This document shows positions 21,238 through 31,341 of a stretch of DNA of 64,000 nucleotides, piece by piece (the first letter of the stretch is position 1; each line of letters begins with the position of its first letter). The translations under genes were made by a program, and so were the position numbers. The DNA is from Thermoanaerobaculia bacterium (GTDB lineage Bacteria > Acidobacteriota > Thermoanaerobaculia > Multivoradales > Multivoraceae). The notes beneath the pieces were generated by a model. It was not told the origin of the DNA. It searched no databases and saw nothing but the letters and a program-made list of their open reading frames with translations. The stretch is taken from positions 2,400,001 through 2,464,000 of the forward strand of contig OY762911.1 in the NCBI GenBank assembly GCA_963666565.1, given 5' to 3'.

Positions 21238-21375
21238 GGGTGCGCGGGTCTTCCGACCCGCTCACGGGCGTAGCCGCGAAGCGGTGAAGCCCGGACAAGA
21301 GGGCCGCCGGCCGAAGGCCGGCGACAATGCTGGAGGCCGCCTTTGGCGGCAGCGGGTCGGAAGACCCGCGCACCC
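21238..21375. repeat. Inverted pair of REP-like units between convergent genes
   Basis: Copies at 21238-21261 (+) and 21352-21375 (-). Confidence 0.85.
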
Positions 21376-21391
21376 GGCGGTCGGCCGGTCG

Positions 21392-22588
21392 TCAGGGCCC
21401 GGTCGCTTCGCCGGCCTCCGCGGCTTCCGGCTCCGGCGAACCGGTGCATTCGCCGCAGTGGACGTCTGCGACCGCTTCGCCGGCGGCGAGCTGTGCCACC
21501 CAGTCGCGGATCTTCACCCCGTCCGACTCGTACGTGTAGAACTGGGGCCGCAGCATGATCGTGTGCAGCTCGCCCGCCGCGATGTAGCTCCGGTAGTTGT
21601 CCTGGCCTTCGAGCGCGGCGTCGATGTCCGCCTCGTTCGCGTCGAGCAGCGGCTGCAGGCCGCCGCTGACGTCGGTGCCGGCGATCTCCAGGAACTGAAT
21701 CTGGACGTCGTCCTCCGCGGTGTCGTAGCGCGTGAACGTCGCCTCGGGGTGGGCCTTGGCGGCCTGGACGTACAGCGCCTCGAACGAGAAGTTGTCGCCG
21801 TCCACTTCGTTCATGTTCTCGAAGTGCGAGAGAGCGGCCAGCGTTCCCCAGGAGTCGTGCGGCCGGCTGTCGGTGAGGTTGCGGTAACCGCCGGCGCCGT
21901 CGCCGAGGGCGGTGACGCGCGCGGCCGGGTAGTTCTCGGCGAAGTGCCGGGCGTAGACCGGCGATGGGATCGAGCCGGCGCTCGAACCGGTGACGAACAC
22001 CGCCTTCGGGCCGAGGAAGTGCTCGTAGGTCCAGTCGAGAGCCGCCCGGCCGTTCGTGTAGCCGCGGTGGTGGATGGTGAACTCGCGCGCCGGCGCATCC
22101 TCGGTGGCCGCCGCCTCGTAGACCGCGTCGCGGTCGCCGATGTGGACGTCGCCCGTGCAGTAGGGCACGAAGACGAAGCTGTGATCGGCGAACGGGTTCT
22201 CGGGATGGTTGAAGGCGGCGATGCCGTGGGCCGCACCTTCTTCGGGTTCCGTGCCGCTCGGAGAGCGCATCTCCTCGATCGCGGTCGTCGTGTAGGTCGG
22301 CCGTCCCCGCGGGTCGCAGGTCTCGGCGGTCCAGCAGCCGCCTCCGCCCTGGAGGTAGAAGACGAGTTGCGTCGGATCGGCCTTGCGGACGAAGAACCGG
22401 AACGGCGAGCCGTCCGAGCAGGTCGTGCTGCCGCCCGGCTCGATCGTGTTCCAGCCTTCCGCGAGGTCGGCGAGGGGCGCCTCGAGGTCGACCGGTTCCG
22501 GGGCTTCCTCGGCGGGAGTGCAGGCGAACGCCGCCAGAGCGGCAAGGGCCGCGACGGCGGCGAGACGGTGGGGATGTCGGTTCTTCAT
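21392..22588 (-). CDS. Pectin acetylesterase/Notum-family esterase lipoprotein
   Basis: Lipobox AFAC; CSDGSP, QGGGGCW, PYCTGD, GSSAG. Confidence 0.85.
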   Translation of the reverse strand: MKNRHPHRLAAVAALAALAAFACTPAEEAPEPVDLEAPLADLAEGWNTIEPGGSTTCSDGSPFRFFVRKADPTQLVFYLQGGGGCWTAETCDPRGRPTYTTTAIEEMRSPSGTEPEEGAAHGIAAFNHPENPFADHSFVFVPYCTGDVHIGDRDAVYEAAATEDAPAREFTIHHRGYTNGRAALDWTYEHFLGPKAVFVTGSSAGSIPSPVYARHFAENYPAARVTALGDGAGGYRNLTDSRPHDSWGTLAALSHFENMNEVDGDNFSFEALYVQAAKAHPEATFTRYDTAEDDVQIQFLEIAGTDVSGGLQPLLDANEADIDAALEGQDNYRSYIAAGELHTIMLRPQFYTYESDGVKIRDWVAQLAAGEAVADVHCGECTGSPEPEAAEAGEATGP

Positions 22589-22616
22589 GTCGTTCTCCTT
22601 CGTGCGATTGCCGGCG

Positions 22617-23510
22617 TCAGCGCCCCGGGGCGAGGGTCGCGAGCGCGTCGACGTCGGCGCCCGGCTTGCCGTCGGGCCGGAACGCCTGGATGCAGACGTG
22701 GTCGGCGCCGGCGTCCCAGTGGGCCTGGATCCGCTCGCGGACCTGGTCCTCCGTGCCCCAGGCGACCAGGGCGTCGACCAGCCGGTCGCTGGCCTGGAAC
22801 TCCTCCCAGTCGTCCTCGTCGTAGCCCAGTTCCAGGAGGCTGTTCTGGTAGTTCGGGGCGCGCAGGTAGACGTAGAGGTTGGCGCGGCCGATCTTGCGGG
22901 CCGCCTCGGCGTCCGTGGTCAGGACGACCTTCTGTTCAGGGCAGAGCAGCGGACCTTCGCCCATGATCTCGCGCGCCCGCCGCGTGTGCTCGGGCGTCAC
23001 CAGGTAGGGATGAGCGCCGTCGGCGCCGGTCGCGGCGAGTTTCAGCATGAGCGGCCGCAGCGCGGCGATCACGATCGGCGCTTCCCGCTCGGGCTCGGGG
23101 CCGCGGTAGAACGCCTTGCCGACCGCCTCCAGGTACTCGCGCATCTTCGGCACGGGCGGCTTGTACTCGTGCCCGCGCAGGTGGGTGACGAGATGCGGAT
23201 GGGAGACCCCGAGGCCGAGGACGAACCGGCCCGGCAGCATCTCGGACAGCGTCTTGTGGACCGCCTTCGTCGTCATCGCGTCGCGGGCGTAGATGTTCGC
23301 GATGCCGGTCGCGTGAACGATGCGCTCGGTGCGCGCGCCGAGATAGGCGACGAGCGCGAACGGGTCCCGGCCGATCGCCTCCGGCGTCCACAGCGCGCCG
23401 TAGCCCTGGGCCTCGATCACGCGGGCGAACTCGGCCGCCTGCGGCGCCGAGAGGCCGTCGAGGCCGGCCCAGACGCCCAGCCGGCCGAGGTTGTGTGCCG
23501 AGTCCGTCAT
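22617..23510 (-). CDS. LLM-class, probably F420-dependent, oxidoreductase
   Basis: ATGIANIYAR, LGLGVSH, GAHPYLVTPEHT, AGADHVCIQ. Confidence 0.88.
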   Translation of the reverse strand: MTDSAHNLGRLGVWAGLDGLSAPQAAEFARVIEAQGYGALWTPEAIGRDPFALVAYLGARTERIVHATGIANIYARDAMTTKAVHKTLSEMLPGRFVLGLGVSHPHLVTHLRGHEYKPPVPKMREYLEAVGKAFYRGPEPEREAPIVIAALRPLMLKLAATGADGAHPYLVTPEHTRRAREIMGEGPLLCPEQKVVLTTDAEAARKIGRANLYVYLRAPNYQNSLLELGYDEDDWEEFQASDRLVDALVAWGTEDQVRERIQAHWDAGADHVCIQAFRPDGKPGADVDALATLAPGR

Positions 23511-23686
23511 CTTCGCCAAGGCTCCTCCGTCGCTGAAACGAGCGCCGACCGTATCAATTGCGCGGATCAATTGCGCGGAGCGCCGCCGCCTCAGCGCGTC
23601 GCCATGAAGGCGGCGACAGCCTGAGGGCCGGCGCGGTTCCAGGCCGGCTGCGCCGGCAAGCGGGTCGGAAGACCGCGCACCCAGCC

Positions 23687-23956
23687 TCAGTTCGGGATGA
23701 AGGTCCTGATCAGAGCGGCCAGGATCGAGATGCCGGCGCCGGCGATGACGCCTATCAGCCAGCGCGCCGTCCTGGCTTCCCGTTCAGCGATCGCCGTCAT
23801 GACCTTCTGGATGTCCTCCTTGGTCGCGAGACTCTCGAATCGCGCCTCAAGGGCCGCCAAACGCCCCTCGACCCCGCGCAGCCGCGAGTCGATATCGCCG
23901 GGACCGCCATCGCTCGGACCCTGAACGGCTTTCGGGAAGCGTCTCCCGTTACTCAT
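23687..23956 (-). CDS. Small coiled-coil protein with C-terminal TM
   Basis: LATKEDI motif followed by a hydrophobic tail. Confidence 0.6.
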   Translation of the reverse strand: MSNGRRFPKAVQGPSDGGPGDIDSRLRGVEGRLAALEARFESLATKEDIQKVMTAIAEREARTARWLIGVIAGAGISILAALIRTFIPN

Positions 23957-24230
23957 CCTTGGCCCTGGCCCAATCGTCCAGCTTCTCCCACAGCTCCCCG
24001 TCTTCGTAACCGCTGTAGGCCCCGACCCGGACCACGACCCCGGCGCGCTCCGCGCCTCCCCGCGGCCCTATTCCGACCGCCTCGCAGACCTCGTTGCAGG
24101 TCTTGTGGTCGCCGGCTACGAACCAGACGCGCTCCGGGACGACCTCGATGTGCCGATCCGGAAACGCCATCGGCACGGCCGTCGGTGGCAGATCGCTGTC
24201 CGGCGTCCTGACAATGACGAAACGTCTCAC
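23949..24230 (-). CDS. Hypothetical protein
   Basis: 93-aa globular-looking ORF overlapping the next gene. Confidence 0.5.
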   Translation of the reverse strand: MRRFVIVRTPDSDLPPTAVPMAFPDRHIEVVPERVWFVAGDHKTCNEVCEAVGIGPRGGAERAGVVVRVGAYSGYEDGELWEKLDDWARAKDE

Positions 24231-24399
24231 GGGCGAAGTCTCCGGTCCAGAGCGGGCGAGTGCGTCATGCTCTCGATACTAGCCACCGAAGCCCGCCGTT
24301 GGGAAGGAGACGAGGCACGTCGACTAGCCGGCATGTCTCGCCGCGGTCCGTGACGAGGCCGGCGCCGCCTTGAACCAGCGGTGCTAACGTCCCCGGCCA

Positions 24400-25146
24400 A
24401 TGAGAACCGCCGACCGATCCCCCACGACTCGGGCAGCCGCGCTTTCTCCAGCGCCACCGGGAACCTGGGCCTGGGAACACTGGTTCGGCCTCGCCGGCCT
24501 CGTCCTGCTCGTGGCGGGCGTCTACGTCGGCCTGTTCGTGGCGCCCACCGAGCGCTTCATGGGCGAGGTCTACCGCATCCTCTACGTCCACGTGCCGCTG
24601 CAGTGGAACGCACTGCTCTGCTTCTTCGGCGCCGGCTTTGTGGGCGCCGCGTCGCTGTGGAAGCGCAAGGACTGGATCGACGGCATGCTCGTCGGCGTGA
24701 TCGAGGTCGGCGTCGTGCTGGAGACGGCGGGGCTGCTCTCCGGCATCGTCTGGGCCAAGCCGACCTGGGGCGTCTACTGGGCTTGGGACCCGCGCCTGAC
24801 CTTCACCTTCGTCATGTGGCTTACGTTCCTCGGCGTGCTGGCGCTGCGGCGGCTCGCCGAAGAGCACCGGCGGGCGCCCTGGACGGCGGCGGCGAGCATC
24901 GTCGCCTCGGTCAACGCGCCGCTCGTCTACTACTCCGTGAACTGGTGGCGGAGCATCCACCAGATGCAGTCGTCGCCCGAGACGGTCCATACGACGATGA
25001 TCCTGCCGCTCCGCATGAACGCGATCGCCCTGCTGCTCGTCTGCGTCTGGTTCGTGGCGCGCCGCGCCCGGATCTCGCTGGCGCGGCGGGAGGCCGAGGC
25101 GATCCCGGCGCCGGCGCGCATCGCGCCGGTTCTGGAGGGCGCTTGA
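24400..25146 (+). CDS. ccmC: Cytochrome c biogenesis heme transfer protein
   Basis: ILYVHVP, WAKPTWGVYWAWDPRLT (WWD domain), SVNWWRSIHQ. Confidence 0.9.
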   Translation: MRTADRSPTTRAAALSPAPPGTWAWEHWFGLAGLVLLVAGVYVGLFVAPTERFMGEVYRILYVHVPLQWNALLCFFGAGFVGAASLWKRKDWIDGMLVGVIEVGVVLETAGLLSGIVWAKPTWGVYWAWDPRLTFTFVMWLTFLGVLALRRLAEEHRRAPWTAAASIVASVNAPLVYYSVNWWRSIHQMQSSPETVHTTMILPLRMNAIALLLVCVWFVARRARISLARREAEAIPAPARIAPVLEGA

Positions 25147-25260
25147 GCGTTCCCGGAGCGCCGCATTCCACTACAAGCCCGACCGCACGAACCTGACTTC
25201 ACGAACCGGCTTCACGAGCCAGACTGCACGAACCTGACTGCCAGATCGAGGAGACCGTCC

Positions 25261-26037
25261 ATGACCGCCCCGAACTACGAGCAGATCCTGGTCGAGGACC
25301 GGGACGGTACCCGCATCCTCACTCTGAACCGGCCGGACAAGCTGAACGCCTGGACCCGGCAGATGAACTTCGAGCTGGTGGACGCGATCGAAGCCGCCAA
25401 CGCGGACCCCGGGCTGTCGGCCATCGTCGTCACCGGGGCGGGACGCGGGTTCTGCGCCGGCGCCGACATCGGGGCCCAGTTCAAGGCCCGGCTCGACGGC
25501 GGCGAGGCCGGAGCGGAGGCCGACCGCACGCCCCCGCGCCCGTGGGTGGAACTGGTGCGGGAGTCGAAGCCGATGATCGCCGCGATCAACGGCGTCGCCG
25601 TGGGCGTCGGGATCACGCTGGCCCTGCCTTTCGACGTCATCGTGCTCTCGGAACGCGCCCGCGTCGGCATGTTCTTCGTGCGGATGGGGCTGGTGCCTGA
25701 ACTCTGCTCCTCCCACTTCCTCGTGCAGCGCGTCGGCTGGGCGAAGGCGAGCGAGATGTGCCTGACCGGAGCCCTCTACGACGCCGCCGAACTCGAGGCG
25801 ATGGGCTTCGCGAACGCCGTCGTGCCGCACGACGAGACGCTGGGTCGCGCGCTCGAACTCGCGGCCCGGATCGGCAAGAACGCCGACAGTTCCCTGCGCG
25901 CCGTCAAGCGGCTGCTGACGAAGAACGGCTCATCGCACGATCTCGGCGAGGTCCACCGCCGCGAATCGGAGGAACTCCGGGCGGCCTACCAGAGCGACGC
26001 TCACCGCGAAGCCGTCGCCGCCTTCATGAAGCGCTGA
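25261..26037 (+). CDS. Enoyl-CoA hydratase/isomerase family protein
   Basis: LNRPDKLNA, FCAGAD, AAINGVAVG, GLVPE. Confidence 0.92.
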   Translation: MTAPNYEQILVEDRDGTRILTLNRPDKLNAWTRQMNFELVDAIEAANADPGLSAIVVTGAGRGFCAGADIGAQFKARLDGGEAGAEADRTPPRPWVELVRESKPMIAAINGVAVGVGITLALPFDVIVLSERARVGMFFVRMGLVPELCSSHFLVQRVGWAKASEMCLTGALYDAAELEAMGFANAVVPHDETLGRALELAARIGKNADSSLRAVKRLLTKNGSSHDLGEVHRRESEELRAAYQSDAHREAVAAFMKR

Positions 26038-26051
26038 CCCGCTGGCTGGCT

Positions 26052-26104
26052 GGGTGCGCGGGTCTCCCGACCCGCCTGCTGGGTGCGCGGGTCTTCTGAC
26101 CCGC
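26052..26104 (+). repeat. Two REP-like units
   Basis: Variants of GGGTGCGCGGGTCTTCCGACCCGC. Confidence 0.85.
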
Positions 26105-26152
26105 TTGCCGGCGTAGCTGGCCAGAAACCGCGCCGGCCGTCAGGCCGGCTCC

Positions 26153-26953
26153 CTACCCGTCATGCACCGTCAGCCTGCAAAGCAGCGTGTTCTGCGTCTC
26201 CAGGTCCGCCGACCAGATCAGGCGCGCTCCGCCCCGCCAGTCGATCGCGTCGTAGCCGCCCTTCGGCCTGACCGCCGCCGAGCTGTGCTCGACCGCCGCC
26301 GGCCACTCGCTGTCGTCGAATCCGGGCGCCCGCCAGCCTTCGGGCTCCGCCGTTGCCGTGAACCCGCACGGGCCGACGCCGGCCTCCGGATCGGCCTCGT
26401 CCTCGCAGGCGCGGTCGAGCGGCGCCTCGTGGATCACGAGGCAACGCCAGTCGTCGTTCGTCACGGCGACCGTCTCGCCAGTGGCGGCGTCGGTGAACTG
26501 CGCGATGAGTCCGCCGTCGCCCATCTGCTGGTTGCCGCGGCCGATGTACTCGAGGCCCGTGTCGTTCTCCTTGAAGTCCTTGGCGACGAAGTTCAGTTGC
26601 AGCGGGTAGTCCGCGTTGAAGACGAAGGCCTCGGCGTTGAACGACCGTTCCGTCCCGATCGACACGGAGTCTTCGATGATCGGGCGGTCGCCCAAGTAGA
26701 AGGCGAACCAGTTGTCGGCCCAGACCTCGCCCCTGATGGACGAGGCGCCCGGTCCCTCGACGACGATGGTCTCGGGCGGCGCGCCGCCGCCGCCTCCGCC
26801 GCAACCGAGAAGGAGCGCGGCCAGGATCGCCACGCCGAACGTCGCGATTCGCGTAGCGACGTACTCTGGGGTTGGGAGTTCGGGCTCGCGGCTTCGCGGC
26901 TTCGCGCCCGGTGCCGGCCTGAAGGCCGGCGCACCGACATTGGGGCTCTTCAT
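26153..26953 (-). CDS. Hypothetical lipoprotein, possibly beta-sandwich/lectin-like
   Basis: Lipobox LLGC; WADNWF, GDGGLIAQF, FDDSEW; start uncertain. Confidence 0.6.
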   Translation of the reverse strand: MKSPNVGAPAFRPAPGAKPRSREPELPTPEYVATRIATFGVAILAALLLGCGGGGGGAPPETIVVEGPGASSIRGEVWADNWFAFYLGDRPIIEDSVSIGTERSFNAEAFVFNADYPLQLNFVAKDFKENDTGLEYIGRGNQQMGDGGLIAQFTDAATGETVAVTNDDWRCLVIHEAPLDRACEDEADPEAGVGPCGFTATAEPEGWRAPGFDDSEWPAAVEHSSAAVRPKGGYDAIDWRGGARLIWSADLETQNTLLCRLTVHDG

Positions 26954-27028
26954 GGCGTGCCTTTCGTACAGTCTGGTGGCCGTTGGGTTCGGTTTCCGCG
27001 AGTCAGAACGCCGACGCCGGCCGGAAGG

Positions 27029-29095
27029 TTACGGCAGCGCGAAAGCGAGCAGTTCCGGCACGCCGTCCGTCTCGCGCCTACCGGCGACGGTCAGGGCGAT
27101 GTACTGCCGGCCCTCCCAGAGGTAGGTCATCGGCGTGCCGAGGCCGCGCGCCGGCAGCGGCACCTCGGCGATCACGTCGCCGGTCCGCTTGTTCCGCGCC
27201 ACCAGCCGGTTGCCGCCGTCGTCGTCCGGGGCGTGCTGGCCGTGGATCAGCAGCGTCTTCGTCAGCAGCGGCCCGGTGTAGGTGTCGCCGCCAAGCGGCG
27301 GCAGGTCGAGGTGCGCGAGGCGCGGGTGGTTGCGGAGCGTGTCGTTGTTGCCCAGCGGCTTCATCCACACGTGCTCGCCGGTGACGAGATCGATCGCGGT
27401 CATCCGCGTGTACGGCGGCTTGAACAGCGGCAGGCCCTCCGGCATCTCGGGCCGCCGGCCGCGGCCGCCGTGGGTGTAGCGGAGCGTGCCGCCTTCCAGC
27501 GGATCCGGCGTGTAGAACGTGACCATGCTGAACGCGTTGCGCGACGGCACGTAGAGCCAGCCGGTCTCCGGATCGACCGCGGCGCCGTACCAGTTCGCGC
27601 CGCCCCCGGCCGACGGCCGGAAGATCGTCCCCCGCTTGCCGCCGGGTTCGGGCAGGGACGGCGGCGTGTAGAGCGGGCCGATCCGGTAGTCCTTGACGAC
27701 GTCGAGCGCCATCTGCCTGATCTCGGGCGTGAAGTCGGCCAGGTCGTCTTCGGCGACGCCCTGGTACTCGAAGGGCGCCGGCTTCGTCGGGAACGGCTGG
27801 GTCGGCGCCGCGGTGTCGCCGGGCATCGTCGCCGGCGGCACCGGCCGGTCCTCGATCGGCCAGACCGGCTGGCCCGTCACGCGGTCGAAGACGTAGAGGA
27901 ACCCCTGCTTGCTGACCTGGGCGACGATTTGCCGGGGTTCGCCGCCGTCGCCGCCCGGCAGATCGATCAGCGTCGGCGCGGCGGGGAAGTCGTAGTCCCA
28001 GAGGCCGTGGCGGACGGCCTGGAAGTGCCAGAGCTTCTCGCCGGTCTCGACGTCCACCGCCACGAGGCTCTCGGAGTACAGGTTGTCGCCCGGCCGGTGT
28101 CCGCCGTAGAAGTCGTTGGTCGCCGTACCGATCGGCAGGTAGACGATGCCGTGCTCGTTGTCGCCCGACAGCATCGTCCAGACGTTCGCGTTGCCCGAGT
28201 AGCGCCACGACTCGTCCTCCCAGGTCTCGACCCCTTCGTCCCCTTCCCGGGGCACCGTGCGAAAGACCCAGCGGAGCTCGCCCGTGCGCGCGTCCCAGCC
28301 GCGTACCCAGCCCGGGATGGACTCCTTCGTGATCCGCCGGTCGGCGATCGAGGCGCCGGTGACGACCACGTCCCGGACCACGACCGGCGGCGACTGCATC
28401 GAGTAGAGCAGCGCGTTCAGGTAGTCCCGCTCGCCGCGGTTGGCGCGCGGCAGGCCCTCCATCAGGTCGACCCGGCCGCCGTCGCCGAAGTCCTCGTTCG
28501 GGCGGCCCGTGCGGGCGTCCACCGAGAGCAGGTAGCCGTCGCCGGTGCCCCAGTAGACGCGGCTGTCGGCGTCGCCGCCCTCCTCGCCGTTCGTCCAGTA
28601 CGCGACCCCGCGCTGGTTCCAGACGACTGTCATCGTCGTCGTGCCGCTTTCGTAGCTCTTCGGGTTGTACGCCCAGACCGTCCGGCCGGTGCCGGGGTCG
28701 ATCGCGGCTCCGATCGAGATCGGCGTGTTCAGGAACAGCAGGCCCTCCTGCATCAGCGGCGTCGCCTTCAGGTTGCGGATGAAGGGAGCGCGGCCGGCGC
28801 GCCAGAGCAGCGGATCGTCGTCCTTCAGCCGGCGGAAGACGACGTCGCGGTCGGCGTACCACTCGCCGCCCGCCTCCGACTTGCTTAGGAAGCCGTCCAC
28901 CGACCGCCAGCGCCAGGCGACCTCGAGGTCGCCGAAGTTGCCGGCGTCGATCCGGTCGAGCGGCGAGTACTTGGTCGAACCGACGTCGCCGCCGTAGCTC
29001 GGCCACTCGCCGGCCGGGGCGCCGCGCTGGGCGATCGCGGGCGCAGCGAGCAGCAGGGCGACCAGGCCGCCGGCGGCAATCGTCGTTCTGGGCAT
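27029..29095 (-). CDS. PQQ-dependent dehydrogenase (quinoprotein glucose dehydrogenase-like)
   Basis: YSPLDRID..N...L..AW, HGLWDYD, PIEDRPVP, PTQPFP, GGANW, TPMTY. Confidence 0.9.
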   Translation of the reverse strand: MPRTTIAAGGLVALLLAAPAIAQRGAPAGEWPSYGGDVGSTKYSPLDRIDAGNFGDLEVAWRWRSVDGFLSKSEAGGEWYADRDVVFRRLKDDDPLLWRAGRAPFIRNLKATPLMQEGLLFLNTPISIGAAIDPGTGRTVWAYNPKSYESGTTTMTVVWNQRGVAYWTNGEEGGDADSRVYWGTGDGYLLSVDARTGRPNEDFGDGGRVDLMEGLPRANRGERDYLNALLYSMQSPPVVVRDVVVTGASIADRRITKESIPGWVRGWDARTGELRWVFRTVPREGDEGVETWEDESWRYSGNANVWTMLSGDNEHGIVYLPIGTATNDFYGGHRPGDNLYSESLVAVDVETGEKLWHFQAVRHGLWDYDFPAAPTLIDLPGGDGGEPRQIVAQVSKQGFLYVFDRVTGQPVWPIEDRPVPPATMPGDTAAPTQPFPTKPAPFEYQGVAEDDLADFTPEIRQMALDVVKDYRIGPLYTPPSLPEPGGKRGTIFRPSAGGGANWYGAAVDPETGWLYVPSRNAFSMVTFYTPDPLEGGTLRYTHGGRGRRPEMPEGLPLFKPPYTRMTAIDLVTGEHVWMKPLGNNDTLRNHPRLAHLDLPPLGGDTYTGPLLTKTLLIHGQHAPDDDGGNRLVARNKRTGDVIAEVPLPARGLGTPMTYLWEGRQYIALTVAGRRETDGVPELLAFALP

Positions 29096-29205
29096 GTCGG
29101 CCGCCAATCGTACCCGTCGATCCAGTCGGTGCGCCGGCCTCCTGGCCGGCATCCGCCGCAGGCGGAATCGGGAGCGCGACCAGGCGGCTATGCTCCCGCG
29201 AATCG

Positions 29206-30399
29206 ATGGGGACGTCGAAGCAGTTGCGCGTAGGCATCGTCGGCGCGGGATTCCTCGCGGAAACCAGGGCGCGCTGCTGGAGACAGGTCGTCTCGGCCCA
29301 GGTCGCCGGCGTCGCGTCGCGCCGGCGCGAGCGGGCGGAGGAGTACGCACGGAGCTTCGGCGTGCCGGCCGTGTTCGACGACCTCGACGCCATGCTGGCG
29401 AGCCCCGACATCGACGTCGTCGACCTCTGTGTCCCGAACAGCCTCCATCGGGAGATGACCGAAGCCGCGGCCGCGGCCGGCAAGCACGTCATCTGCACGA
29501 AGCCCCTGACCGCGTACACCGGCCAGGATCTGCCGGCGGACGCGAGCGACGGGGAGGTCGCGGCTCGCGACCGTCGCGAGATGCTGCGGGTCGCCGAGGC
29601 CGACGCACGGGCCATGGTCGTCGCCGCCGCACGCGCCGGCGTACAACTTCTCTACGGCGAGAACTGGATTTACGCCCCGGCCTTTCGCCGCGCCCTCGGC
29701 CTGCTCGAGAAGGCCGACGCCGTGCTGCTCGAGATGCGCGGCGGCGAGTGCCACAGCGGCTCGCACTCGCCGTACTCGCGGGTCTGGCGGCATACCGGCG
29801 GCGGCGCCCTGATCCGGCTCGCGGCGCACCCGGTCGGCGCCATGCTGCACCTGAAGCGCGCCGAGGGCCTCCGCCGCACCGGCGCGCCGGTCCGCCCGGC
29901 CTGGGTCAGCGCCGACACCGCCGACCTGAGCGCCGTCGCCGGCGTGCCGGCGGACGAACTCCGCATCGCCGGGGAATGGGGCGAGGTCGAGAACTGGGGC
30001 TGCCTCACGATCGGCTTCGACGACGGTTCCCGCGCCGTCGCCTGGGGCGGCGACCACGTCCTCGGCGGCATGGAGAGCAGCCTCGACCTGTTCGCCAGCA
30101 ACTGCCGCTTGCGCCTCTCCCTGAGCCCGAACGACATGCTCCGCGCCTACGCCCCCGACGGCGGCGTCTTCGGCGACGCCTACATCATGGAGAAGATCGA
30201 CTCCGGCGCCGGCTGGACGACTCCGATGCCGGACGAGGACTGGACCTCGGGCCAACTCGGCATGTGCCAGGCGTTCGCGGCGAACCTGCTTGGCGGCGAG
30301 ACGGCCGAGTCGGACGGAGAACTCGGCCTGGAGGTCGTGCGGGCGCTGTACGGCGCCTACGTCGCGGCGGCGGAGGGCGGGAGGTTCCCGCTGGCTTGA
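29206..30399 (+). CDS. Gfo/Idh/MocA oxidoreductase
   Basis: VGIVGAG, GKHVICTKPL, GGGAL. Confidence 0.9.
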   Translation: MGTSKQLRVGIVGAGFLAETRARCWRQVVSAQVAGVASRRRERAEEYARSFGVPAVFDDLDAMLASPDIDVVDLCVPNSLHREMTEAAAAAGKHVICTKPLTAYTGQDLPADASDGEVAARDRREMLRVAEADARAMVVAAARAGVQLLYGENWIYAPAFRRALGLLEKADAVLLEMRGGECHSGSHSPYSRVWRHTGGGALIRLAAHPVGAMLHLKRAEGLRRTGAPVRPAWVSADTADLSAVAGVPADELRIAGEWGEVENWGCLTIGFDDGSRAVAWGGDHVLGGMESSLDLFASNCRLRLSLSPNDMLRAYAPDGGVFGDAYIMEKIDSGAGWTTPMPDEDWTSGQLGMCQAFAANLLGGETAESDGELGLEVVRALYGAYVAAAEGGRFPLA

Positions 30400-30409
30400 C
30401 CCGTGGGGG

Positions 30410-30739
30410 CTACGCCAGCAGCAGCCGGTCCAGCGCCGTCGCGGCAGCCAACAAGGCGCCCACCACCAGCAGCATGCGCCAGGTCAGGTCCGCGCGGAGC
30501 TTCTCCATGTCGGCGCGAATCTCGCCGCGGAGTTCGCCCATCTCGGCGCGCAGGTCGCCGCGCAGCTCGCCCATCTCGGCGCGCAGGTCGCCGCGCAGTT
30601 CGCTCATCTCGGCGCGCAGTTCGGCGTGGTCCCGCGCGCGCTCGGCGCGCATCTCGCGCCGGATCGCTTCGAGCCGCACTGCTGCGTCCGATTCGGTCAA
30701 GAAAGAGGTGCTCCCGGTCTTCGATTCCGTTGCCGTCAT
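30410..30739 (-). CDS. Coiled-coil protein with 11-aa repeats and C-terminal TM (DUF1640-like)
   Basis: LRAEMGELRGD repeats (33-bp period) then a hydrophobic tail. Confidence 0.65.
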   Translation of the reverse strand: MTATESKTGSTSFLTESDAAVRLEAIRREMRAERARDHAELRAEMSELRGDLRAEMGELRGDLRAEMGELRGEIRADMEKLRADLTWRMLLVVGALLAAATALDRLLLA

Positions 30740-31104
30740 TCCGTTTCTCCCGTCGGTGATCGCCCCGCGCAGCGAAACCGCGGCAACGGGGCGATGGTAC
30801 ATGAGACACCGGCCGCGCGGCGTCGCGCGGACCGTCGCGAGCCGACCATTCGGCTCTATGGATCAAGACGGATTCCGGCCGAGTTCCCCGGCGACACGAG
30901 GGCGACGCCGTTGTCGCGTTGCGCCGGAGTCCGCTCGGCGGTCGTCGAAAGACGGTTCCGTCTGGCTTGACCCCGTCGGGAACCTAGCCATAGTCTTGGC
31001 TAGATCGACACGGTGCGGTTCGGCGCATGCCGCTCTCCGCAACGCCTGCCGCGCTGCGCTCGACCGAGTTCGCCGTCGAGTCGAACTCGCTGGAGGGTGC
31101 TCGA

Positions 31105-31335
31105 ATGACAGTCGTCAACGTTCATGAAGCCAAGACCCAACTCTCGCGGCTGCTGGCTCAGGTCGAGGCCGGGGAGGACGTCGTGATTGCGCGCCGCGGC
31201 GAACCTGTCGTGCGTCTCGTCCGTTGCCGGCCCAAGGTGCGGCGTCAGCCCGACACTCTCAAGGGCCGGGTCGTCGTTCCGGACAGCTTCTTCGATCCTC
31301 TGCCGGACGAAGAGCTTTCCGCCTGGGAACGGTAG
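31105..31335 (+). CDS. Phd/YefM-family antitoxin
   Basis: VNVHEAKTQLSRLL...GEDVVIARRGEPV. Confidence 0.9.
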   Translation: MTVVNVHEAKTQLSRLLAQVEAGEDVVIARRGEPVVRLVRCRPKVRRQPDTLKGRVVVPDSFFDPLPDEELSAWER

Positions 31336-31341
31336 GTCGGC

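Noticed and set aside
30480-30660. 33-bp repeats as a non-coding array
   Set aside because: They encode in-frame coiled-coil repeats of the 30410-30739 ORF
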